64,000 nucleotides of DNA, from contig OX597815.1 of NCBI GenBank assembly GCA_951406725.2, positions 93,496,001-93,560,000 of the forward strand. The letters run 5' to 3'. A model generated the notes under the pieces. It did no database searches, was not told the origin of the DNA, and was given only the letters and a program-made list of their open reading frames with translations. Shown one piece after another: positions 24,693-38,200 of this stretch. Each line of letters begins with the position of its first letter. The first letter of the stretch is position 1. The translations under genes were made by a program, and so were the position numbers. The stretch is from Octopus vulgaris (Eukaryota).

Positions 24693-27600
24693 TGTATGTA
24701 TGTATGTATGCATGCATACCTGCATGTATGTATGCATACATGCGCGTGTGTGTGTGTGTTGATGTCATCCTTGTATAGGTTAAAAGACTAAGTCAGAGTT
24801 TCATGTCAGAGATATAGGACCATGCAAGGCCCTTATTTTTATGATTCTTAGATGACTAAAACAGCCACAAAACATTACAAGATAAATACACAAAAACGTC
24901 TACCAATGATCAAAGGCTAGTACCATTTTTAAACATGATAGCTGACATACATTTTCACAGTTATGTTAACCCCTTTCACAATAAACTTAGCTCTGACACT
25001 AAGAATTTCAAGAAGTTTAAAATTCCCTAAATAAAACCAGCAACCTATACAAAGTAGTAATAAACAACATCTACACTATTACTTAAGTACAACATCACTA
25101 ATAACTATAGAAATAATATAATGGTATATAATAATATTGAGGGGGAAATTCAACACAGAAATTGAGATTATAAAATAAGCAAGAATGTCATGCTAAATGC
25201 GAGGTGTACCTGACACTTTCATACAACAAAACAGTTTTATCTCTAATCCAAAGTGTAAGTTAATTAGTCCAGCTAAAGCAGATATAAAATTGATCATTAA
25301 GGAAATCTTAAGATTAATAACATTAGAAAGGCAACCAAACTCCAATAATGGAAGAACAGCAGTACAATAATCAGTTGGTTTTAAAATATTAATAAACATC
25401 CATGTTCACCAAATTTGAGACTTGATTTTTAACTATTGGATCTCTTATATTTATAAGCACCTTAAAATTCACCAGAAGATATGACAGAGATTATTATGCA
25501 TACAAAAAAGACTTTGCTCTCTGAATAAAAAATTAGATCCCACAGGTTTGTTCAACATCAGTTTGAATGTCAGATATATGTGATCTCATGAGCTTATACA
25601 TATTGTGATGTATGAAACCAACACAAAATTTACCACATCAAACATACAATGATATAGATGATCAGCTAGCCACCTCTCATTATGTCAATAGGTAAGACCT
25701 TGTTAACACATTCAAGAATCTTACCTTAAAATAACTGTAACCACTAACTTTGCTACTGTATGCTATCGTGATATCAGTCTCAACTTACAAACCGTACATT
25801 TAATCAAGCAAGAAACACATATATTACAAATGCTCCTGTCACTCTCCTATAATCTTTATTAAACTAATTTGTAATACCAGTAAAATTTCTGATACCATTT
25901 CATACAAAGAAATATAACAAGAGTATTTTGATAAATACCACCAAACGTTTTTTAGTCCTAATATATAAACACTTCCTAACTCACTATAGGACACTCTTCA
26001 ATTAGAACTGTATAAAAGTTAATTACAACTGTACTCCTATCATAAAAATACACTACATACAAGAATACCAATGCATGCCCACTCAATGCTTTCAGGTATG
26101 CTGGGGAAAAGTTTCATTCTGCCAAATTTCCCTTGCAAAGCAATGGTTGGTCCAAATCTATATCAAAAGACTTTTGCCCATGGCACTATGTATTGAGATC
26201 AAATACTTGGTTGCAAAGTAGACTCTAAACAACATAGTCATGCTAGATAAGCAGTAAGGATGAGCACTTTAAGTGCATTAAATGTCATGGCAGACTGACA
26301 AGGTGAACATCTAGGACATAAGGTTGAGCCAAAACAACAAAGACATCAACTAACAAACATGAAAAAAAAAAGAAAAAAACTTTCTTAATATAATGCCTGC
26401 AGTGAACTAGATTTACAATTAATTTATATAGTTTCAGTATAAATAATTTTTCAATCACATTCTACAAACTATTAAATCTTATTCATGTAGTTTATATATT
26501 CTGTTTACAGATACTGATCTCTATTTTTCTTACAGATTTTGTATTCTAACAGGCACAAGGCTTCAAATTTTGTAAAGCTCAAACTCCAGTTCATGGTGAA
26601 GACATATGGTAAACTACTTGATTAAATAGCTTGTCCTATTAAGCATCATGTGTAATTTTGTCAGATGAGCAATGAAAATGTTAAATGTCTACAAGTGGCT
26701 TATTAAACTTTATTTCCTCATTGTCATAAAGGCATTGAAGTAGATACTTATTCTGTCTTTCTCTCTTCAACCTCAATCGCACTAAATAATTACAAATTTG
26801 CTATGCTCAGTTTCTTAATTTCACAAAAATGACCTGGTTCTTATCATAATCAGTATTGTAAGAAAATTATGAAAACTAGAACTGACTCTTCTGAACTAAG
26901 AAATCATAAAAATGTTGGAATCCTAACTTCTTATCTGGTGAACAATAATTGTCATTGGCTATAGGTTAATAATAGACCAGTGACTGGGTCACTGCAATTT
27001 TGGTGGCAAGAACAACAAAGAAGTGCAAGTAAGTTGCGGTAGACAAATAAAGCTTTCAAAAAGCACCAGTTTTTCAGCTTTTTCACCTATAATTACAACC
27101 TTCACACACACACATGCACACAGTGCAAGCTTCTATACAGTCTCTGTCTACTAAATACCTTTCGCTAGGTACCAGTCAACTCAAGACTACAGTAGTAGAC
27201 ATTTGATCATGGAATCATGTGGTAGCGAGGTGAATTTCTTAACCACATAGCTATGATTGCATCTACAATAAAAATAGCACTATCAGTGATCAAGAAAGAA
27301 AGATATATATTCATTACCAGAAGCTCTCAGAGTGCTTGGCATTAGGAAGGGCATCCAACTGTAGAAACCTTGCCAAACCAGATTGGAACCTGGTGCTGCT
27401 CCCAGCTTACCAGTTTTCAGTCAAACTGTTCAACCCATGCCACCATAGAAAGCGGATGTTAAACAATGATGATGATGATGAAGAAGTTAAAGAGAGAGCC
27501 TCTACATGGTTACTTAATCTACAAAAAATATAAACCAAATCTCCTTCAAAAGCCTCATTGGATAACATAGAAGTTACAGCTGAATGACTTAGACCACAGA

Positions 27601-27809
27601 ACTATTAGATCAAGGTTGACAACATTCTATTTCTTGCATTTACATCCGAGTTACTTCCATGATGCTACTAGTATCCTAGTTTTAGCTGTTATTTTCTTTA
27701 AACTTATTATCTCAAAACTACTCTTTTTGGCAACCCCTCAATCAATGAAGTTTTTACTATTCTCTATACATGCCATAGTACAGAAAATGAAGTCCTAATA
27801 AACCTTATA

Positions 27810-28010
27810 AGGCAACAAGCTGACAGAATCTTTAGCATGTTGAACAAAATATTTAGCAGAATTTCTTCCAGCTCTTTATGTTCTGACTTCAAATCACACT
27901 GAAGTCAACTTTGCCTTTCATCCATTAAGGGGTCAATAAAATGGAGTACCAGTCAAGTATTGGGGTCAATGTAATCAACTTGCCCCCTCCTCTCAAAAGT
28001 TGCTGGCCTT
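27810..28010 (+). mobile_element. SINE (Nin-domain-like family)
   Basis: GGCAACAAGCTGACAGAATC..GTCAACTTTGCCTTTCATCC..GGGGTCAATAAAATGGAGTACCAG. Confidence 0.75.
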
Positions 28011-28128
28011 GGACCCTGCAGTGGATCAGTGTCCCATTCAGGGGTAATGTTGTGATTTCAGTCACTTATAAGCCATGGAAACCAAGTGACCGGCCAAGGA
28101 TTCAAGAAAAAACAAAAAGAAGGAACTA

Positions 28129-29401
28129 TCAGGTCATCCCATAAGTTCTGTCCGATTTTACTTTTTAAAATTGAATGGAATTTAATAGTATTTTAGAATG
28201 TCTAATGGAATTAAAAATTATTTTTATGCATTTGTGTACATTTAAACTAATCAAATATTATTTTGCAGAATAATAGAATTAAAATTTCTTTGATTAAAAC
28301 CCTTTCTAACATGAAAGTATCCAAAGAGCATTTGAGGCACATAATGCTTTATGAGTACAAAAATGGAAACTCTACAGCCAAAGCGACTCAAAACATATAC
28401 TCAGTTTATGGGAAAGAACGCTTGAATGAAAGAACTTGCAGAAGATGGTTTGCAAACTTCAGAAGTGGAAATTTCAGCCTTGAAGATGAAGTTTGAACAG
28501 GACATCCAGTTGAGTTTGATGATAACCTCCTTGAGGCATTACTTGAATAAAATCCTGCACTATCAGTTGAAGAATTGGCAATAAAGCTTAGTTCAAACCA
28601 TACAACTGTTCGTCGTCATCTTCAACAACTTGGAAAGGTTCCTAAATTTGGAAAATGAGTGCCTCATAAATTGTCCAAAAGCGAACGCAAATCCCGAGTT
28701 GACATCTACTCTTCTCTCCATTCTCGCAAACTCATTTCACCCTTTTTGGATAGACTTGCAACTGGTGACAAAGAAGGAATCTTCTATCGTAATGTTAAAT
28801 GTCATGAACAGTTGCTTGGTAAAAGGGAAAAAGCTCAACCACAACCAAGAAGGGAACTTCATGGGAAAAAGGTTCTTCTCTCTATCTGGTGGGATTGCAA
28901 AGGAGTAATTCACTTTGAATTGTTACCATCTAATGCAACAATCAATGTCTGCAATTAGAGCATTTGAATCAAGCTTTGAAGAAAAAAAGACCCATTTTAG
29001 TGAATTGAAAAGGAGTGATGTTTCATCAGGACAATGCGTGACCCCACACTGCAAAGATCACATCACAGAAGAGCAAAGAGCTTGGTTGGGGAAAAATTCC
29101 TCATCCACCTTATTCTCTCGACCTTGCTCCTTCAGACTTCCATTTGTTTCATAGTTTACAGAATCATTTGGGGGACATAACTTTTGCAAGCCAGGAGGAG
29201 GTCAAAACTAATATTTCAGAGTTCTTCACTTTGAAGCCAAAAGAGTTTTACATTGATGGGATTAAAAAGCTTGTAAATAGATGGAAGGAAGTCATAGATA
29301 ATCAGGGAAAGTACACTGATGATTAAATTTCAATTAAATATAACATTTGATCACATGTTTTCTTTATTCAAAATTTGAACAGAACTTATGGGATGACCTG
29401 A
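28129..29401 (+). mobile_element. Full-length mariner (DD34D) transposon
   Basis: TIRs TCAGGTCATCCCATAAGTTCTGT (first 23 bp identical at both ends); TA duplication at 28127-28128 and 29402-29403; 1273 bp. Confidence 0.97.
28311..29326 (+). pseudogene. Disrupted mariner transposase
   Basis: MKVSKEHLRHIMLYEY.., (W>stop)VPHKL, TGDKE, HQDNA..HPPYSLDLAPSDFHLF with D to D spacing of 34; several stops and frameshifts. Confidence 0.93.
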
Positions 29402-30279
29402 TAAGTACAGCAAATACAAAGAGTTAGCAGTCTCATGTAGGAAATTACACATGTACCCAGTAATGGAACAGTTGAAAATGAAGCAAAGTGCAATTAAATA
29501 TTAGTGTACCATTCTACAGGCCCTTATGCTATAGGTTCAGTTCCTTCTATAACATGCTGATTTCATGGTTGAGTAATTAGTGTGAAAAGAATATTTAGGT
29601 GTAAATAACTAGTTCCTCAAATTTATACATTTTGATCAACTAAACAACTCACTTGGGAGTGAAGTTGAAATATTATGACAGACTGACAGTGGAAAATAAC
29701 AAGAAACAAATCATAGATATTTGGGTCGAAATCATAAAGACTACTCATGAAAATTTTCTTCTTTTCTGGTCATTGTTGTTTAGCTGCAGATCAAACTTAC
29801 ACAAGCAACCCATAAGCAAAGGCATTTCGATTGTGACCTTTATGTCATCTTTAGGACTACATTATCCCATATGTCCTTTCCATTTCTAAATTATTACCAT
29901 CAAAAACAGCCAATATAGAGATCCCTTCAGAAGTGGACAAGTGATAATGTAGATGTTTTCTAAAAAGAGCATCAAACTTTTATATTTTAGAACAGCATTC
30001 CTAAGCTAGCAACTCAATCATGACAGTTAGCTTGAATAAAATATTTTCACTCAGAGTGCAATACAATGACTATACATGTTTTCAAACATATATACTTCAT
30101 AATAAGAAAAATTTCTTAATTTCAAATTTGTAATGGTATGCAAATCAACTTATCCACACGTAAACTAAGAAGTATTTGCTGCAAACCACTTGCCTTTCAA
30201 AATCATAGCAACTGCAGTTACCATACTTGTGTATAACACACAAATTTGTGGGCAGTGAAATTTCAGATGTGGAAGTAGG

Positions 30280-30660
30280 TCTGGAATCAAAGAGCCTTAG
30301 AGTTCATTTAGCATAGACCAAAGTCATAGTAAGTAGGAAAGCAGACAACTAACGAATCCCTTCAGGGAAAGGCCTTGCTCGATTAGAAAAAGTGAGAGAA
30401 GAGGTAGAAAAGGTGAGAGACTACCTCACAAGTTGCTTGGTGACCCAACTGGTGTTAGTGCCATGTAAAAAGCACCAATGTTGGTGTCACATAAAAAGCA
30501 CCCAGCACACACTGTAAAGTGGTTGGTTATTTAGAAGGGTATACAGCTGTAGAAACCATGCCAAAGCAGAAAATGGAATCTGATGCAGCTCTCCAGCTTG
30601 CCAGCTCCAGTCAAACCAACCAACCCATGTCTGCATGGAAGACAGATTTTAATGATAAGG
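30280..30660 (+). mobile_element. RTE fragment and SINE/RTE 3' tail
   Basis: LESKSLRVHLA*TKVIVSRK resembles RTE ORF2; then the tail TGTAGAAACCATGCC...AACCCATG shared with other copies. Confidence 0.6.
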
Positions 30661-30695
30661 AATGTATATTATTATTATTATTATTTTTTATTTAA

Positions 30696-31340
30696 TGTGG
30701 TGAGCTTAGCAGAATTGTTAGCATGCCGGGCAAAATGCTTCACAGCATTTGCCTGTCTTAAGTTCTGAGTTCAAATTCCGCCGAGATCAACTTTGCCTTT
30801 CATCCTTTTGAAGTCAGTAAAATAAGCACCAGTTGCATACTGGAGTCAATGTAATCAATGAGACTCCTCCTCCAAAGTTTCAGGCCTTATGCCTTTAGCA
30901 GAAAAGATTATCATTACTACTACTACTACTACTACTACAAGGCCATGAGTTGGAAGAATGGCATGTTGGATAATATGCTTAATGGCATTTATTATGTTCT
31001 GAGTTCAAATTCTGCTGAGGTTAGCTTTGTTTTTCTTCTTTCTGGGAATTGAAAAATAAGTACAAGTTGAACACCAGGGTTGATGTAATCAACTAGATTC
31101 CTCCCACTAAAAGTGTTGCCCTTGTGCCAAAATTTGAAGGCAATGAGGTGGTGGACAAAACTTTCAGCAGCATGTTTCAGTTCTTTACATTGTGAGTTCA
31201 AATTCCATGGAGGTCAACTTCGCCTTTCATTCTTTCGGGGTTGATAAAATAAAGTACCAGTCAAGTATTAGAGTCAATGTAACTGACTAACACCCCACCT
31301 CTAAAATAACTGGCCTACAATAGCTGAAACCATTATTATT
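30696..31340 (+). mobile_element. Three head-to-tail SINE copies (Nin-domain-like family)
   Basis: TGAGTTCAAATTC..GAG.TCAACTT.GCCTTTCAT..AATAAGTACCAG repeated at about 30765, 31000 and 31195, with (TAT)n/(TAC)n tracts before, between or after copies. Confidence 0.85.
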
Positions 31341-34026
31341 GTTACACAATAAGATGAGTGCAATATATAATAAAATACAGAGTGACTTTGTTTATTGAAT
31401 ATTTCAGAAGTATCTCTGTCTTCCTCAGGTTAAAATAAGACAAGAGTAATGAAAAAATGGAAAATACACAGAAATGCAGAAATTCAAAACTGCAACTGGA
31501 CTATATTGTTTGTAAATGGTTAAAACAAGGAAAAAGAAGGAAAATGGACAATAAAGAAGGGAAGAGATCTCAAATCAAAAATTGTTGCATAAATCTGATG
31601 GAACTTTTTTTGCTCATCATTCCCAGGAAATATATTAGAAATTTACAAATATAATTGTCTTCATGTGTTTTGAGGACTGAAAGTTCAGTGTAGTGAGAAA
31701 ATTTTCTGAGAATGTGTCAAGGAATAGCATCACACCCTCGGGGGGAGGGATGAACAAAGTGACAGGAGAGTTCCATAAGATTTATATAAACTTTTTGACT
31801 CTAAGAATTCTCTTCTTTTTTCTTCTTGTTTTAACCACTTACAAACAAACATAACTTGATTTTTTCCTTTTTACCTTGGAATGAAGGAATTTTTGAATTT
31901 CTACATATTTTCCAGTGTTTTTGTCATATTTTGAACCTAAGGCAGACTGATGTACTGTTGAAATACTGTTAAATAAACTCAATGTGTATTTTATTATATA
32001 TGACACTCATCTAATTGTCTATTTACCTACATGAAAAGTTATGTCAAACATCATTATTATTATTAACATTAGGTTAAAATTTAATGGCTAATGAGATTTA
32101 TTGTAAATAATGACCAAAATACTTTGAAAAATTTATGAACCCTCAACAAAATGGCAAAAAAATTCAAATATCTGAACTTTACCAGAGTAGCCTGTAAACA
32201 TTTATCTGCTTTAAAATCGAAATTGTGGAAATAAGAGAGAGAGTGTATGTATGTGTGTGTGTTTTCAAACTTGTTTACTGAAAGCTGTCTTATTTTCTTA
32301 ATAAAACCAAAAGAATCTACATACAAAATTAAAGAACTTGAATTGGAAAGCCTGTTTCTAAACAGCAAACCTCTTAAATATGAAACTATATAAAAAATAA
32401 CAATATTTAGGTCCTGAAGGCATTAAAAATGACGTCTGTTAACAGAAGTCTCTTTTAGCAATTTAACTGTGGGTTGATTTTAGTGAACTTACTTAGGGCC
32501 ACCCAAATTTCCCTGAAACATACTATTGCCGTGTGTGTGTACATACATTTATATGTTTATGAGCAAGACATGGATGTAGTCATGTTGCAAACAACCACCA
32601 AATCTGCCTTAAATCTCAACTTTATGTCTTATGTATGTTATATGCATGAACCAACGGAAAAGACTTTGGTATGGTAGCTAGACATAATGTAGCAGTCAAT
32701 TCTCCCTCAAATAAACTTTTGCTTCATGTTACTTTGATACAGTAACTGAGCACTGATGGCTTATTACTATCTTTAAAAAAAAATTAACTTAAAATAATAA
32801 CCATAATAAATTGAAACAGCATTTTAAATTTCATAGAGTAAAAAAACATTTTAAACTCTCCATCTAGTTTCATATGTGACTTTATAGATAAATTGTGTAA
32901 TTTTAGATCATTAAAAAAAAGTAAGTAGCATTTAGTTTTCATGCAAAATGGACACCATTAATTTCTTGGTTTAAAAAAAATTGTGAACTAATATATAACA
33001 GTTCAACACCTCTTTCACATTTGAGAAGTTGGAGTAATCTCCAAATATCATCTCACAGTAAGACTATATCTTTGCAAACATACTTTTCTACAGATTGAGT
33101 TTACAAAACAAGGAATTTTTAAGTGGTTTTTTTTCTAGTGAAAAAACAGACTGGTATTGAGATCTACAAAAAATGTAAATGAAATGAAAAATATGCCACA
33201 GGCTTCTGACAGTTAATAATCATAGTTGAATGAAAACTTTAAATGGGTTTATTAGGTAGGATTGACCTGATGAGAAGAATGAAGTTCATATTTTTAAAAA
33301 TAGGACAAGTTAGAAAGATGATTCTGAAAATTTAATTTAACTTAGCCATGCCAACATGAAAAAGCATATGATGATAATAAACATGTATTGAAATAACTTT
33401 GAGGATATTAATTTCTAATTAGCTCTAACTCTGACATAGACCAAGTTAATTAACATAACATTATTTGGCAGACAGCCAATCAAAAAAATAGGTCTGATAA
33501 AAAGATTTTAAGAAAAAGTTTGTTTGCAACAGCGATGGAATATGAAATGTCTTTGACAAAAATCAGCAGCCAAAAAAAAGAAAGACTAGCATTTAAAAAT
33601 CTTAGTGTTTTGTGTAAGAAAGAAGTTACAATATTGAAAATTCTCATTATGAAAGGACAAACAAAATATATTGACTATGTTCCAGACAGTAGCCATCAAC
33701 TATACCAAACAACTCTAGCAGAGTTCACCATAAAAGTACTTTAATATATCAAGCTGTAATGTCCTAGTTTACCATGCAACATAAATTTCTAGCATATCCA
33801 ACACGTAATAGTATTTAGTTGTTCCATTCTTGTTTTAGTTTTTTTGTTTTTTTTAATAACTGCTAGCAAAATATACATCATAAAAGCTACAATGATATCA
33901 TAAAAACTACTATGCAAGGAAAGGTGCAATAAATACATTATTCAAAATGCTAGCAATAATAAAAACTCATTCACATTCTATTTCTTAAACATTTTCAATA
34001 TTCAATAACTAAAGTATTTCTTTTAA

Positions 34027-34256
34027 CCCTTTAGCATTCAGATTAGGATTAGTAGTTTATCAAAAGTAATTTTTATTTACTCACATTGTTTTGAATAAAT
34101 CATGCATTATCTCACAACTGTGAGATTTCAATGATGATTATTGTTTATTTTTAGAATGACATTGTAGGATATGTGTGAGATACTAGATCTGACTGGTTTG
34201 AACATAAAACAGATAAAATATTTGGACCTGGTTTGGCCAGTTTAAATGCTAAAGGG
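34027..34256. mobile_element. piggyBac-type MITE, family B
   Basis: TTAA|CCCTTTAGCATT ... AATGCTAAAGGG|TTAA; perfect 12-bp TIRs. Confidence 0.9.
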
Positions 34257-34699
34257 TTAATACAGAGGTTGCAAAATATAGAAATTCAGGTAAACATGTA
34301 ACTATATTTTACAAAATATATGATAATTTAGTTTATTCAAGGCAATGGTTTAATTCAAATACCATCAAAATGATAAACAGTAGTAGAACATAAGTGCAAT
34401 GATGGCATATTTCTTAATGAGACAGCTTCATACCAGCTATGTATTACATGTGAATTCACATCAATGGTAACTTGTAGTGTGCGAAAGTGGCTAAATAAGA
34501 GCTATTCTGATCTTACATGAAAGACAGGGTCATATTTAATGAGATGATGACATATTCTAACTATAAAAGTGATTGAGGATAATAAGTTCGTACCACAGTG
34601 TTCTAGAAGCAAATTACTTGATATTTATTGCAGGAAATAGTCAAGTCTTATTTATGAAGATCTCACATCTTTAAAACTTCACTAGCTAGGTTTTTTCAT

Positions 34700-35200
34700 A
34701 ATCTCTGGTGACCTTTCATTGTAACCACATATCAATAACATAGCAATAACTGCATCTCAAAATCTAGGCTTCCTCTTCAGAGATAGAAAATACTTTGTCT
34801 TTGAACAGTAAGTGACAAAGCACCACTACAGACCACATTACTGTTCATATAATTGGAGTGAAGTAGCTGCCACATACAAACATTTTGGACTGCATCCAAA
34901 ATAAGGCCATCCAGCTGAATGACAAATTTTCACTTGCAAACACGCAAAACAACTAGTCAACCAACTTGATGCATTTTCTCCCTGTCTTTTCTGCTATGAC
35001 TAAACAGTTTCTGCTCTTCTGAACTAGTTAACTATGCATCACCTCTACTAACACACCTATCTTTCCTCATTTTTTCACTCCAACTAAAACAACACCAAAA
35101 CTTTCTACTAAACAATTTTTTTCAATCTCATATACCCAGAATTGCCTTGTAGCTTCATGTCTTCCTTAGAAAGGTTTAAGTCAAACATTAACTGTCCTAA
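34700..35200 (+). mobile_element. Degenerate CR1/Jockey-group LINE ORF2 3' remnant
   Basis: HINNIAITASQNLGFLFRDRKYF..YCSY..LDCIQNKAIQL resembles the post-RT region of this LINE group. Confidence 0.55.
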
Positions 35201-38200
35201 CTCTCTCAATCTGAGAATGCCTGCAAAAGATTTGGGTTCTGCCTCTCTTTACCAAATTAAATGATTTTATTTTTAAATTAAAAAAAAAAGGGGGTAAGAT
35301 GGCATCGTATTTATGCAAAAAAATATGGTCGTGGATAAACAAAGAGTTTCTAGGAAACAAATCATCTTTTTGACTATTTAACAAGAACTAGTAAATAAGT
35401 TAAATTAGGATTAACATAAGTCACGTTGCTTCAGGAAAATCAGTTTTGAAAGACAATTTTTGATAGCAGAATGAAGTCAGAAATCACCAAAAACTGTAAG
35501 TTAATATATCTAGTGTGAATTGGTTAAGGATGTTTGAGTTGGGAAAGTGCCCAAGTACCATAACTATCAGCCAGAGTGTTACAAGTTGTTTACCATATAG
35601 GTTTGTACACATATATCTATGTTACATGCTGTAAGACAGTGGAGAAGAGTAAACCAAAGAAGACTTGGAATAGAGAGAAAGAGTAGTTTGATCTTAGGCT
35701 GGATGGTCATTGCAGTATCACAGCTGTCTCTCTCCATGTAGTGTAGATTTAGTATATAGTTCTAAGTAGAACCATTGAAGACTATGGGGCCATAGTAATA
35801 CAACAGGAGACTATCATACAGTGTATAGGTCATAATAATGCCACTGGTGTCTGTCTAATAATGTAAACATCATAGTAGTAACACTGAAGACTATAAAAAT
35901 GAATGGATCATTGTAGCATCACTAATATTTGGCACATGCAAATGTTATAATTAAACCACTGGTTACAGCAGTACTCACTCGACAGTACCTACAGAATATC
36001 AAATTAGAGTCCACATTGACAAGCATCAAAACACTGACTGTCCAGATGGTTAGCCTATTAACACAATCACCTGCACATTCTCTCTCACAGACACACATGT
36101 AATAAATTACTTCAAATGCTTAGAAAGCTAACTAGAAATGGTTGGTAGTTTTCATTACATAGGAGACATAATTAACAATGAAAGTAGGTGTTCTAAAAGT
36201 ATAGTTACCAGAGTAAGAAAATGGTAGCAAAAGTTCAGGGAACTATTGACTCTACAGATTATAATGGGATTCTTTCTCCAAGAGAAGAGCAAATATCATG
36301 ATGTTTTTGTGATGTTGCATGGCAACAAAACACAGACAGTAAATGTAGAGGATGTGTGAAGACTAGAAAAAATGAAGCAAACATGCTCCACTAGATATGC
36401 AATGTTAATGTGTATGTAAAACCCACGGGGCACAAATGAACTGTGAGAAAAACTGGGTATAAGAGAAATCATGAGACGCTGTCATAAAAATGTAAAGGCC
36501 CCCAAGGGTGCAGATAATGCCTGGTTTCATTATGTCAAAGCGATGTGAGATAAATATTTTCATGAGTAGGATGCTATCTTTCACAGAAAGCAACAGCTAG
36601 GGCTAATTGTACCAATGTAAAATAAAATGATCTGCCCAGAAACTCGAGAAAATACCTTTCACAGATCTGAACTCAAGATCTTTCAAATAATATATATCAG
36701 TTTACAACTGCTTTTTCATGGTAGCATAGGTTGGATGAATTTGTTCCACCATTACGTCAAGCCATTTGATTTATTGGTCCTTCTTCATCTGATATATACA
36801 CAAAGAAAACCACCAATCTTTGTTCCTTTTAATTTTTTGATTTTGATTTTTTTTTAATGCTCTATGTGTATATGATAATATACAATTTTAAATTTTGCTA
36901 CAGATATTGTGTTGTGTATCTGAATAAGGAACATAGTTCATTGCTCTAGGCTGACTGGCAACAAAGTCTGTCTGAATTTCATAATAACTTGAGCATACAG
37001 CAAAATAAATAAATAAATAAATAAATACTACCACATCTAGATAGGGAAATTTTTAAGGAAAAATTCAATGTAAAAACAGTAATGTGTGTGTAAAATATCT
37101 ATGTAGTTCCATATATAAAATGTTACATATATTTAAATCATAAACCTCTTATGCAGCTATTGTTGCAATGAACACAATATTAAGTTCCTGCACCCTGTAT
37201 ACAGAACAAAACTATTTCTTTATTACAAGTTAACAATGACTTTCATTTTTAACTAAAGCTATGTTCACTACAGATATATTTAGAAGATCTCCAACTGATT
37301 TTGTGTAATAAGCTTACTGAACGTCTTACAGGCAGCAATTTTTTAATATTTGCACAATATACTCAGTCTAGAGTATAGTTTTTAAAAAAATTTCCATTTT
37401 CTTGTAAATTTTAATTTTATTTTATTAACTAGCTGAGAATAATACAGGACACAGAATGTTAACAATTAACTTTCATTAAATTTTATGTGATTTCATAAAT
37501 ATATTGAAGCTGATTTACAAAGTATATCAGAATCATTTTCATATCAGCTTTCATATAATTGTGAGAGGAGATAATATTTTTAAAAATTTAAGATTTTAAA
37601 CAATTTTTCTTTAAAAGTGAAATGAGTTGAAATATATTTTGAACTAAAATATGTAAGAATACTTTTAAATGATTCCAGATGAAACAAGGGTTACAAAGAC
37701 AAGGAAACAAAGTCCTAATATTTACATGAAATTTAACTGGTAAGCAAAACTATTCTCATTGAAAACTGAATTCAGGAAACAAAATCAATGGAATTTAACT
37801 TAGCACTGAGCTTGTTGATTACATTTGAAGACAAAAGAAAGAAAATGCCATTCAAGATAAAAGGAATTTTTCTATTTGACAAAACTGGAAACAGTTATGT
37901 AAAACCTGTTTAAGCTGAATTCCAATAACAAAAAATTAAAATTTTTATAACTATTCCCCTGCTTCATACACACACAATGATCATTATTTTAAAATTTAAT
38001 GAAAATTATTGGCCACCTAATCTTACTAAAAACAGAGTCACAAAATATTAGCTTCTTAAAGACAAAGAATTTTATTGTTTTAAGGGAAGGAGAAGCAAGA
38101 CTGTGTGATATTCATGACTTTCACAAAGGTAATAATGATATGCAATCAAGTGAGCAAACTAAGTAATGGAACTATATTTTAAAGTCGGTTTATCAACAGT

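Noticed and set aside
25726-32512. Candidate 5' UTR exons (donor AAG|GTAAGA at about 25726; 20-nt cassette at about 32493-32512)
   Set aside because: Splice-like signals are common by chance in AT-rich introns and no reading-frame constraint is available to test them.
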